Source of the DNA: Candidatus Parcubacteria bacterium
Lineage (GTDB): Bacteria; Patescibacteriota; Minisyncoccia; Phycocordibacterales; Zambryskibacteraceae
Length of the DNA stretch: 64,000 nucleotides
Direction of reading: 5' to 3'
Assembly (NCBI GenBank): GCA_019658995.1
Contig: JAIFWN010000002.1
Span: forward strand, 29,262-93,261
This document shows positions 30,253-38,726 of the stretch, one piece after another. Numbering within the stretch: the stretch's first letter is position 1; every line of letters begins with the position of its first letter. The notes under the pieces were generated by a model, which had not been told where the DNA came from, ran no database searches, and was given only the letters and a program-made list of their open reading frames with translations. Position numbers and translations under genes: made by a program.

Positions 30253-30972
30253 TTGCTAATGGCTGTACCCCAGGCTTCGTTAGAACGGTCGCCCAAAAGC
30301 CCCGACCATATTCCAGATACTTCAAGGATCAGGAATACTGCCGCCGAGATCATGTTCAGACACGATCGGGAAGCAGAGGATCTCGATGATCGAATGTATC
30401 TCTCCAAATGGAGCCTCACGAATCACAGTACCCGCCTCTCGATGATTATGGGGACGATTTGCCGGAAACGGAATCTTGCTCCCATGCTTGTGCAGCTTGG
30501 TGAGGATATGGGTTTTCTCCACGATGTGAGCAAGGCGCACCCTGCAAACAGCAAGCATCGTGAACGTCGTGAATGGAGCGAGAGTGAGCGGGTAGAATTT
30601 CGCTGCCGGCACCCAGCCGATTCGGCCCTCTGGATCGAGAGCTTTCGGAACCAGGTGTGCATCGATGACTGGTCACCCTACTACGAATGGCTGATAACCG
30701 GTGTTACATGCCACCACGACCCTAGCGGCATCAAAGACCCGCCATGGCTCATCCAGATGGTCTACGATGTCTGTTTCGCGGATAAATTCGAAAGCGCGAT
30801 GGAGGATCGAGAAAACCCAAAGATGGGCCAGGGCGGAGCGGTTGAGTTCGTGCAGAGTTACGAGATCGAGCGTGAGAATCCGAATCACTCTTTGAGATTG
30901 CGCTACATATTTTCATCGAAGCTCATCATCGCAGAGCTCTATGGGTTGAATCTTGAGGAGCTGGACGCCTAA
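30253..30972 (+). CDS. HD-domain phosphohydrolase (orphan cassette)
   Basis: NHS..FLHDVSK..HP..HHD..ADKFE metal ligands; AGGAGG SD; start TTG 30253 or ATG 30259. Confidence 0.75.
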   Translation: MLMAVPQASLERSPKSPDHIPDTSRIRNTAAEIMFRHDREAEDLDDRMYLSKWSLTNHSTRLSMIMGTICRKRNLAPMLVQLGEDMGFLHDVSKAHPANSKHRERREWSESERVEFRCRHPADSALWIESFRNQVCIDDWSPYYEWLITGVTCHHDPSGIKDPPWLIQMVYDVCFADKFESAMEDRENPKMGQGGAVEFVQSYEIERENPNHSLRLRYIFSSKLIIAELYGLNLEELDA

Positions 30973-30976
30973 TTTG

Positions 30977-31020
30977 CGTCCGGTTTTTTATTTGACAAAG
31001 CCAGTTTTTATGATAATTTG
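30977..31020 (+). repeat. 44-bp direct repeat copy 1 (terminator 3' arm plus promoter)
   Basis: CGTCCGGTTTTTTATTTGACAAAGCCAGTTTTTATGATAATTTG, identical to 31473-31516. Confidence 0.95.
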
Positions 31021-31051
31021 ACGAGAGACTCACTCAACCTATGGGGCTTCT

Positions 31052-31468
31052 ATGAAGGAGCTTCCTTCATCCACTAGAGATCTGAAACTCCTCTTTAAAT
31101 CAGCAACAAGAGAATCTGTATTACGAGGCGGAACCCGCAGCAGAGAACAGCTCGAGGAAATCGAGCAGAGGTGGAGGCAGGCATCCACCATAGAGCTCAC
31201 AGTTGCATCAAGTAAGGAAGAGTTGTTCTCCGCTTGTGAGAACTCCTCACCTTACGTGCAGGAGCTTCTGCCGGCGTTACGCCGCCTTATGGATCTCTGT
31301 GATTCCTCAGAAGATGGGATTCGGCTTCTGCCTTTGATGGGTGATGCCCCTGAGAGCATCAGGAGAAAAATACTCGTCAAAGCATTCAAGTTGACCCCTC
31401 ACTCGACTGCCAGGACAATCAGCAAATTGCTAAGGGAAAAAGAAGGCTTTTATACTCCGGACGACTAA
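31052..31468 (+). CDS. orphan hypothetical protein (138 aa)
   Basis: ORF lies between the two 44-bp repeats; TAA in terminator loop. Confidence 0.65.
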   Translation: MKELPSSTRDLKLLFKSATRESVLRGGTRSREQLEEIEQRWRQASTIELTVASSKEELFSACENSSPYVQELLPALRRLMDLCDSSEDGIRLLPLMGDAPESIRRKILVKAFKLTPHSTARTISKLLREKEGFYTPDD

Positions 31469-31472
31469 CCCT

Positions 31473-31516
31473 CGTCCGGTTTTTTATTTGACAAAGCCAG
31501 TTTTTATGATAATTTG
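31473..31516 (+). repeat. 44-bp direct repeat copy 2
   Basis: Identical to 30977-31020. Confidence 0.95.
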
Positions 31517-31554
31517 TAGAAGGATGTCCATCACAACTCCTACTGGAGAAAATT

Positions 31555-32316
31555 ATGAGCCCGGTGTGGATTATCGTTGCCTTTCTGCTTGCTCCGACTT
31601 ACCTGTGGTTCAGAGACCGTAAGGATGGGAAGTTACTTCGCTTGCTGGAGAACATTTTCGCTAAGGGAGACGTCGAGTACGCTTTATCGCAGCTCGAAAA
31701 TGTATCACCCTACAAAAATACGATCTGGAAAGCGCTCGTCATGTGGATCATCACATTCGCAGACAAGGCCTATTTGCTGAAAGACCTTTGGCACGATGAG
31801 ACGAAGCGAATCCATTGGGATACATATCCCTACTCACGTATCGAACCGATCCTCTTCGCTAGATGGGATATGCTTTCGGCACAAGAGCTGTCAAGGATTG
31901 CTGAGGACAGGAATTGGAACGTCGCCTTCAATACCTTTCTGAATACCAGAGAAGGCAGCACTCCTCAGCTTAACGCCTTCGGACTTCTACTCGAGTGGAC
32001 CAGGAGTTTTGCGGAGGGCTATACACTAGCATGCTCCTGCAATAGCGAGAGTGCTTATCGCAGTCATGCTGCCAAGCGCGCCTCGGAGTTCGCTACGAAT
32101 CCCGAGGAAATCCGGCAGCTTCTGGATTTGGAGGGCCTATCGGAGAATCCAGATCTATGGGCAAAGTTCGCCGAGCTCATAGACAGCTCTGACAGGCTCT
32201 CTTACATCATGGCCAAAACTCCGGTGAGCAGCCGGGCATGGATGATAGCCTTCGAGAAGCTCAAGGCCATGGAAGATCCGGCACAAGAGCACTCCAGCAC
32301 CTTCGCAGCGCCTTAA
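31555..32316 (+). CDS. orphan protein with N-terminal TM anchor, predicted helical
   Basis: GGAGA SD; hydrophobic N-terminus; TAA in loop of hairpin CAGCGCC/GGCGCTG 32306-32325. Confidence 0.7.
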   Translation: MSPVWIIVAFLLAPTYLWFRDRKDGKLLRLLENIFAKGDVEYALSQLENVSPYKNTIWKALVMWIITFADKAYLLKDLWHDETKRIHWDTYPYSRIEPILFARWDMLSAQELSRIAEDRNWNVAFNTFLNTREGSTPQLNAFGLLLEWTRSFAEGYTLACSCNSESAYRSHAAKRASEFATNPEEIRQLLDLEGLSENPDLWAKFAELIDSSDRLSYIMAKTPVSSRAWMIAFEKLKAMEDPAQEHSSTFAAP

Positions 32317-32329
32317 CCGGCGCTGTTTT

Positions 32330-33343
32330 TTATTTTTTAGCGATTATAGATTTTTTATAGATATCCAGATGCTGGAGAGCGATACCGGTGCCTAGAGCTA
32401 CGCAGTATAAAGCATCTTTGGCTAGAATGGCTTTCACTCCGGTGCGGCGTAAAACCAGTTCGGGAAAATTTCGGAGCTGAGAAGAGCCGCCGGTCATAAT
32501 AATGCCCTTATCTATAATGTCCGATGAGAGTTCCGGCGGAGTGTCCTGGAAAACATCCTTGATAGCCCCGATCATATCTCGAAGCTCGCGCGATATGGCC
32601 TTGGTAACCTCATTAGTTTTCAGCTCCACAGTACGCGGCAAACCGAGGACGAAGTCGCGCCCGTTGACCTTCATAGTAAGCTCATCCTCGATCGGTATGG
32701 CACTCCCGATCTGAATCTTGATTTCTTCCGCAGTCTTATCCCCTATTGAAAGATTATATGTGCGTTTAACATACTCTTGTATGGCTGCATCTATCTTATT
32801 TCCCGCTACTTTTACCGATGTTGAGGCTACGATACCGCCCAAGGAGATAACCGCTACGTCCGTAGTGCCGCCGCCAATATCTACGATCATATGCCCGGCC
32901 GCCTCCTGTATTGGTATACCCGCACCAATAGCCGCAAGTATGGGCTCCTTAACCACATACGCATTCTTGGCTCCGGCCTTTAGCGCCGCTTCTATAACGG
33001 CCCGACGCTCCGTGGAAGTAACACCGGCCGGTACTGATACGAGAACATCGGGCTTAAAAATATTCCATTTTCCCAGCGATTTGTTTATATAGTAGCGGAG
33101 CATGGCCTCGGTTACGCGATAGTCAGCTATGACCCCGTCCTTCATCGGCCGGTAAGCCACAATATCCTCCGGCGTGCGGCCTATCATAGTCTTGGCTTCG
33201 GCCCCGATAGCCAGAATCCGGTTGTCATCTTCTGATACCGCTACAACCGATGGCTCGTTGAGGACGATGCCGGTACCGGGCACGAAAACCAGAATGTTAG
33301 TTGTACCCAAATCTATACCCAATTTTCGAGAAAAGCTCCGCAT
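32330..33343 (-). CDS. mreB: rod shape-determining protein MreB
   Basis: GIDLGT, NEPSVVA, RPMKDGVIAD, VDIGGGTTD, TPPEL. Confidence 0.97.
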   Translation of the reverse strand: MRSFSRKLGIDLGTTNILVFVPGTGIVLNEPSVVAVSEDDNRILAIGAEAKTMIGRTPEDIVAYRPMKDGVIADYRVTEAMLRYYINKSLGKWNIFKPDVLVSVPAGVTSTERRAVIEAALKAGAKNAYVVKEPILAAIGAGIPIQEAAGHMIVDIGGGTTDVAVISLGGIVASTSVKVAGNKIDAAIQEYVKRTYNLSIGDKTAEEIKIQIGSAIPIEDELTMKVNGRDFVLGLPRTVELKTNEVTKAISRELRDMIGAIKDVFQDTPPELSSDIIDKGIIMTGGSSQLRNFPELVLRRTGVKAILAKDALYCVALGTGIALQHLDIYKKSIIAKK

Positions 33344-33389
33344 GGGCTTTAATATAGCCTCTTAGCTATAATGAGGCAATCTACGATTT

Positions 33390-35255
33390 ATGAGTAAGCC
33401 CATGCAGATAGTCGAAGTCATACCAATAGTCAAAGGCATTACCAGGCCCACTCTTTCCTATTTCACCAAAGATAAGTTCGAGCCGGGAAGCTTTGTCCGA
33501 GTACCTGTAAGAAGCGGGGTCACACTTGGCATAGTCAGCACTTCTGTCGACGCGCATAAGGCCAAGAGCTCGATTAAAGGAGCTGATTTCGTTCTTCGCA
33601 AATTATCCATGGTAGAAAAAGCCGGAGGACTCTCCGAACCCTTTATGCAAGCAGTCAAGGATACTGCCGACTTCTACGCAGTTACGAGCGGCAGTATTTT
33701 GAGCGTCCTCGTGCCAAAAATTTTCCTCGAGCATCCTGAACTTCTCTCCAAGCAAAAGAAGGATAATAAGAAAAAGCAAATCAAAGAATTAAAGATTGTT
33801 CAGCTCGGAGACGAAGAGCGCTACCGCGAGTACCGAGGAATCGTCCGTGAATGCTTTGCCCGAAGCACTTCCGCTATGATCGTAGTACCCACCAGGGAGG
33901 ACGCCTTGAGAGCCGAGAGTCTTCTCTCATACGGCATAGAACGCTTTGTCTACAATATAACCAGTCAGTCGCCGAATAAGCTCAAGAAACTGCTCAAAAA
34001 CGCAAGGGATGAGAAGCACCCCATACTTGTGATAACCACTCCGTCGCTAGTGGCTTTCGACCGGACTGACCTCGACACGTACATCCTGGAGAAAGAAAAC
34101 TCCAGGGCTTATCGGGTCCTCTCCCGCCCGTTCATTCATATAAAGAATTTTCTCAAATATTTTACGAAGGCCAAAGGAGCAACGCTTATACTTGGCGATT
34201 CGGTCTTATCACTAGAAACTCTTTGGCGAGAGAGGGAGGGAGAATACGCGGAATTCTCTCCACTGACCTGGCGGCTGAAGCAGAGTGCCGAAGCCGAGAT
34301 CATAGATATGCGGGTCAAAAAAAACTTTGACATACTCTCTGAGAGACTGATAGAGAGAATCAAACATTCGCTGGCTTTAAATAAGAAAGTATTCCTCTTC
34401 GGTGTGCGCAAAGGCGTGGCCTCAGCCACAATCTGCGGAGATTGCGGCTCGCTTCTACTTTGCAGAAACTGCCAGGCTCCGCTCGTCCTCCACTCCGAGC
34501 CGCTTTATCTTTGTCATCACTGCGGAGCCAAGCGCATCGCTGATACCCGGTGCGATACATGCCAGAGCTGGAAACTTACCCCGCTTGGCCTCGGCACTGA
34601 TCGTATAGCCCTCGAATGTGCCAAGATTTTCCCTGATGCCGAAGTAATCGTCATAGATAAGGATCATGCATCCACGCAGTCAGAGGCTAGGTCTTTGGTC
34701 AGGAAATTCGAAGAGAGTGAACGCGCTATACTGGTGGGCACGGAGCTGGCACTCCAATATATACAGAGAGTACCTGTAGTAGCCGCAGTCTCGCTCGATA
34801 CATTGTTTGCCGTGCCGGATTTTTATATAAATGAGAGGATCTTCTATCTGGTAACACGCCTGAGAGAAGCAGCTGAGGAGCACTTCATCCTGCAAACCAG
34901 GAACGCCGGCACCGAGATACTCGATTTTGCGGCCGCTGGCAATATTCTGGACTTCTACCGCACAGAGATAGCCGAGAGAGAGGGTCTGTCCTATCCACCG
35001 TTCTCAATTTTCATAAAAGTCAGTGCCGACGAACTACCTGAGAAGATAGAGAGAGAGGCCGCGGGTCTGCAGGCATCTTTCGGCTCTTTCAATCCGCACT
35101 TTAGGCTCGAGACCAGGGGGAAGGGAGGCAAGCAAACTCTTTCGATGATTCTGCGCCAGCCCGGGGATCGGTGGCCGCACAAGGAGCTTCGCGACAAACT
35201 GCTTTTGCTTCCGCCGGACTTTACGGTTAAAGTAGACCCCGAGAGCATACTCTGA
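33390..35255 (+). CDS. priA: primosomal protein N' (PriA) lacking helicase ATPase motifs
   Basis: N-terminal 3'-binding domain, CGDC/CRNC/CHHC/CDTC zinc cluster, G.GT, YPPF, VDP; upstream of def-fmt. Confidence 0.85.
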   Translation: MSKPMQIVEVIPIVKGITRPTLSYFTKDKFEPGSFVRVPVRSGVTLGIVSTSVDAHKAKSSIKGADFVLRKLSMVEKAGGLSEPFMQAVKDTADFYAVTSGSILSVLVPKIFLEHPELLSKQKKDNKKKQIKELKIVQLGDEERYREYRGIVRECFARSTSAMIVVPTREDALRAESLLSYGIERFVYNITSQSPNKLKKLLKNARDEKHPILVITTPSLVAFDRTDLDTYILEKENSRAYRVLSRPFIHIKNFLKYFTKAKGATLILGDSVLSLETLWREREGEYAEFSPLTWRLKQSAEAEIIDMRVKKNFDILSERLIERIKHSLALNKKVFLFGVRKGVASATICGDCGSLLLCRNCQAPLVLHSEPLYLCHHCGAKRIADTRCDTCQSWKLTPLGLGTDRIALECAKIFPDAEVIVIDKDHASTQSEARSLVRKFEESERAILVGTELALQYIQRVPVVAAVSLDTLFAVPDFYINERIFYLVTRLREAAEEHFILQTRNAGTEILDFAAAGNILDFYRTEIAEREGLSYPPFSIFIKVSADELPEKIEREAAGLQASFGSFNPHFRLETRGKGGKQTLSMILRQPGDRWPHKELRDKLLLLPPDFTVKVDPESIL

Positions 35256-35256
35256 T

Positions 35257-35799
35257 ATGAAAATCCTTCAGAAAGAAGACCCAGTCCTGCGCAAGATCGC
35301 CCTTGAGGTGCCTATTAAGGATATCCAGTCAAAAAAAATCCAGAGTGTCATAAAGAAAATGAGTAAGATTCTCTCGACTCAGGATGACGGAGTTGCTATT
35401 GCCGCTCCCCAAATCGGAGAGAGTCTCAGAATCTTCGTCGTAAGCGGCAAGGTCTTCACGATGAAGCGCGGCAAGGATAGGAAGATGCACGCTGATGCGG
35501 ACGCACAGCTTCTGCCGGATATGATTTTCATAAATCCTAAGATCACTAAACTTTCAAAGAAAAAGCAAAGCATGGAGGAAGGATGCCTTTCGGTACGCTG
35601 GCTTTATGGCAGAGTTGTAAGAAGCGAAAAGGCCACAGTCCATGCTTACGACGAGCATGGAAAAGCTTTTACCAAGGGTGCCTCGGGCCTTCTTGCCCAG
35701 GCCTTTCAGCATGAAATTGATCACCTTGACGGGATACTCTTCATAGATAAAGCTACGGATATAGAAGATCTTCCTCCCGAAACTGCAAAAAATGAGTAA
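35257..35799 (+). CDS. def: peptide deformylase
   Basis: GVAIAAPQIG, EGCLSV, QHEIDHLDG. Confidence 0.97.
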   Translation: MKILQKEDPVLRKIALEVPIKDIQSKKIQSVIKKMSKILSTQDDGVAIAAPQIGESLRIFVVSGKVFTMKRGKDRKMHADADAQLLPDMIFINPKITKLSKKKQSMEEGCLSVRWLYGRVVRSEKATVHAYDEHGKAFTKGASGLLAQAFQHEIDHLDGILFIDKATDIEDLPPETAKNE

Positions 35800-36511
35800 A
35801 CCTTCTTTTATATTTTTTGGTTCCTCAAAATTTTCCAGATATGTTCTGGATACGCTCATAGATCATGGTTATGAGCCGGTGCTGAACATAACGTCTGCCA
35901 AAACTCCCCTGCCCGCACTTCCGGATGCGGAAGTATTTATAGTGGCATCTTTTGGCAAGATATTGCCGGCTGACATCATATATAAGCCAAAGTACAAAAC
36001 TCTTAATGTCCATCCGTCGCTTCTTCCGAAACTCCGCGGCCCCTCGCCCATTCAGGGAGCCATACTAAGCGGTGAGGAAACGGGGGTGACGATCATGCGC
36101 ATGAATGAAAAGATGGATGAAGGTCCCATTGTGGCCGTGAAAAAGGTCAAATTTGAAAACTTGCCGGAGAGATACATCGAGGCTGAGAAAGCGCTTGGTG
36201 TAGCAGGGGGAGAACTGCTGACAGAAATCCTGCCTAAGTGGACAGCCGGAGAAATAGAGGAAATTCCACAGAACGACTCGGAATCGACCTACACCAGGAT
36301 GATAAGAAAGGAGGATGCGGATATATCCAAGGATCCGCCGGAAACAGCTCTAAAAAAGATCCGAGCCTATGAAGTCTGGCCGCGGGCACGCATTGGAGAG
36401 CTGATTGTGACAGAAGCTCACATCGAAGACGGCAAACTGGTTCTGGATAAAGTCATACCGCCGGGCAAGAAAGAGATGATCTATGCCGATTACCTGCGAG
36501 GCCGGCATTAG
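35792..36511 (+). CDS. fmt: methionyl-tRNA formyltransferase (short)
   Basis: VASFGKIL, NVHPSLLPKLRGPSPIQ, MDEGPI. Confidence 0.93.
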   Translation: MSKPSFIFFGSSKFSRYVLDTLIDHGYEPVLNITSAKTPLPALPDAEVFIVASFGKILPADIIYKPKYKTLNVHPSLLPKLRGPSPIQGAILSGEETGVTIMRMNEKMDEGPIVAVKKVKFENLPERYIEAEKALGVAGGELLTEILPKWTAGEIEEIPQNDSESTYTRMIRKEDADISKDPPETALKKIRAYEVWPRARIGELIVTEAHIEDGKLVLDKVIPPGKKEMIYADYLRGRH

Positions 36512-36894
36512 AATTTCTTCCGGAATTTGAAGCGGCTGGAAAACCCCCGCATCATATCCTTAATCACTCGGCCTCCGTGTCGCAGGAGATGCCTCCTTTT
36601 GCCTTTGACCCTGGTGACCTCGCGGACAATCTCATCCTTGACCTCGTCTATGGCTCTGTACAGGTCGCTTGTTTCCCTCGAAGCATAGAAATCCGCTCCT
36701 CCGCCGGCGATGCGCACTTCGGCCCTGAAGACTTCTCCCTGCTTGTGGTGGTTGGTGTTCCGGCCAAGCTCAACCGCCATTACCGGGTCAGAGGCATCCG
36801 CCAAATACTTGCGAACCTTGCTCAGGCGCTTTTCAGCGTATGACAAAATCTCCGGCGTAAGTTCTATGCCGGTTGCCTTAATATTCATTTTCAT
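36508..36894 (-). CDS. hpf: ribosome hibernation factor HPF/RaiA
   Basis: NIKATGIELT, HHKQGEVFRAEV, DLYRAID. Confidence 0.9.
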   Translation of the reverse strand: MKMNIKATGIELTPEILSYAEKRLSKVRKYLADASDPVMAVELGRNTNHHKQGEVFRAEVRIAGGGADFYASRETSDLYRAIDEVKDEIVREVTRVKGKRRHLLRHGGRVIKDMMRGFSSRFKFRKKF

Positions 36895-36909
36895 TACTTT
36901 AGTATACCT

Positions 36910-37047
36910 CTAGCTGCGGCCTGCCTGAGCATCCTCCTCGGCTTCATCGGCCATTTTATCCGCAGCCTCGGCATGATCCTTGGATGCCTGAGCCTTATTC
37001 TCTTTCGCCTCCTGATCCTGCTTTTCGGTTTCGCTTCTGTCTGCCAT
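36910..37047 (-). CDS. 45-aa acidic hydrophilic peptide (not in ORF track)
   Basis: MADRSETEKQDQEAKENKAQASKDHAEAADKMADEAEEDAQAGRS fills the gap between neighbours. Confidence 0.55.
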   Translation of the reverse strand: MADRSETEKQDQEAKENKAQASKDHAEAADKMADEAEEDAQAGRS

Positions 37048-37048
37048 G

Positions 37049-37447
37049 TTATTTAAAATTAACTCTTAACGAGTGTATAAGACGGACGAGACAGAGGATT
37101 ATGGCGCCAACCATCCCTGCCAGAATATCGCTCAAGGTATCACCAAGTGATGGAATATAGTACGGCATAGAAAATCCTCTTACATACCAGCCGCCGAATT
37201 CCCAGACCTCCCACAAAAAGCTGCCGAGAACTGCACTCATAATTATGGAGCTGTAAAGAAACTCCCTCGGTAAAGTCAGCTTGCGCGAAAACCAGAGCCA
37301 CAGACACCCAAACATGATACCCGCAAGAATATGCAGAACTATATCCGCATACCAGAAGCGCGAATAAATACCGAGCGGACGCAAGAAAAAGTAATTAACC
37401 AGCTGAACTCCGAAAAGCATCACTGCCCAAAGTAGATTGCGATCCAT
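37049..37447 (-). CDS. 4-TM membrane protein (VanZ/DUF2238-like)
   Basis: WYADIVLH..AG, WEVWEF, DTLSD motifs. Confidence 0.7.
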   Translation of the reverse strand: MDRNLLWAVMLFGVQLVNYFFLRPLGIYSRFWYADIVLHILAGIMFGCLWLWFSRKLTLPREFLYSSIIMSAVLGSFLWEVWEFGGWYVRGFSMPYYIPSLGDTLSDILAGMVGAIILCLVRLIHSLRVNFK

Positions 37448-37480
37448 AATTACAAAGACGTACAGGATAGGTAAAAATGC

Positions 37481-38389
37481 CTAGTTCCCTGTCAGGGATC
37501 TAGGCATTTTGAAATCTGAGCCGATCATCACTCCGAGATGCAGGAGATAGCTCTTGGCAAAGCGTTTTGACGAGACAAAGTCCCTCGTTGCGATGCTCTT
37601 CAAGTATTCCCTGACATCTTCTTCGTCGGCACCGGGGGCACTCTCCAGGAACTCCGACACCGCCCCGCTGATGTATCCGGTGGACATCGAAGTTCCTGAC
37701 CGACTCTCCTGGAGAACTTTGCTGTTTCCGGTTTTCGCCAGCAGGACATTGTCGCCGGGAGCGTAGAAATCAATACATGGTCCCCATGCGGTTCTCGATG
37801 CTATACCGTAATTGCCGGACCCCATAAAGGTCAGCGACCCTACAGCTATGACGCCCGGAGAGTTAGCGGGCGAGATTCGGCATGCGTTCATGTTGAAGTT
37901 GCCTCCGGCCGCCACTACAATCATGCCGGCATCGCGAAGCCTCTTGACAATAGTATCGACCCACGCTACCCGGAAGGTCGTATCGACGAAGATGGACAGA
38001 TTAGCCACGGCACTGCCCTTGCCGTGCCTCCTGTAGTGCTCGATGGCAGCATCAGCTCCTCTGGAGAGAACAGCCATATTGCCCTTCAGCGTCTTGCATT
38101 TGATGATCCTGATATCGAATACCACTGCATTAGGGTTTACACCCAGGGTTTTACCGGCTATGGCGCTTGCCACGGCGGTACCGTGTCCATTGCAGGAAAC
38201 AGTGTCCTCCGGATAGCCGATAAACCCCATATGCACCCTTCCCCTGAGCTCCGGATGCGTAGCGGATATGCCGCTGTCAAAAACGTAAACGCTCACCGGC
38301 CTCGGCGGTTCGAGAATGCTCGACCGCATTGCGGCTCCCGTGCCGAGAAGAGCAAAGGAGAGCAGCATAACTAAAAGTCTGCTCCGCAT
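37481..38389 (-). CDS. secreted subtilisin-like (S8) serine protease
   Basis: Signal peptide; FDSG (Asp), NGHGT (His), AAGGN, SGTSMS (Ser); GGAGG SD before ATG 38389. Confidence 0.92.
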   Translation of the reverse strand: MRSRLLVMLLSFALLGTGAAMRSSILEPPRPVSVYVFDSGISATHPELRGRVHMGFIGYPEDTVSCNGHGTAVASAIAGKTLGVNPNAVVFDIRIIKCKTLKGNMAVLSRGADAAIEHYRRHGKGSAVANLSIFVDTTFRVAWVDTIVKRLRDAGMIVVAAGGNFNMNACRISPANSPGVIAVGSLTFMGSGNYGIASRTAWGPCIDFYAPGDNVLLAKTGNSKVLQESRSGTSMSTGYISGAVSEFLESAPGADEEDVREYLKSIATRDFVSSKRFAKSYLLHLGVMIGSDFKMPRSLTGN

Positions 38390-38403
38390 GGTCCACCTCC
38401 ATA

Positions 38404-38444
38404 GAAAAGAGCTCTGCAGCAATTGTCTTACCGCAGAGCTCTTT
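38404..38444 (-). terminator. 17-bp hairpin; terminator overlapping the S8 promoter
   Basis: Minus strand AAAGAGCTCTGCGGTAA-GACAA-TTGCTGCAGAGCTCTTT; TTGACA just 5' of it. Confidence 0.6.
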
Positions 38445-38457
38445 GTGTCAATTGACT

Positions 38458-38643
38458 CTAGCGCCTCTTGAGTGCCTGGTACGAAAGGTATCCAGCTACA
38501 ATGACCGCTACCCAGCTCGCCCACATGGGCACGAACGAGGTGCCGAACGCAACCGGCGTCGCAGTAAGAGCTCTCCAAAGGTGCAGGACCGCAACAAGGA
38601 GAAATATCGTACCGGATGCCTTCATGTATGAACTATGGCTCAT
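38458..38643 (-). CDS. small 2-TM membrane protein
   Basis: IFLLVAVLHLWR..VPMWASW pattern. Confidence 0.7.
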   Translation of the reverse strand: MSHSSYMKASGTIFLLVAVLHLWRALTATPVAFGTSFVPMWASWVAVIVAGYLSYQALKRR

Positions 38644-38726
38644 TTGAATTTAACTATTGCTAACTCATCCATTATAATCCCGAATTTGACATCGGAAACG
38701 GCATGTGTGGATAAAAAAGCGATTCA

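Noticed and set aside
30977-31516. CRISPR array or insertion-sequence ends
   Set aside because: Only two direct copies 496 bp apart around an ORF; no cas or transposase gene; the repeat reads as terminator plus promoter.
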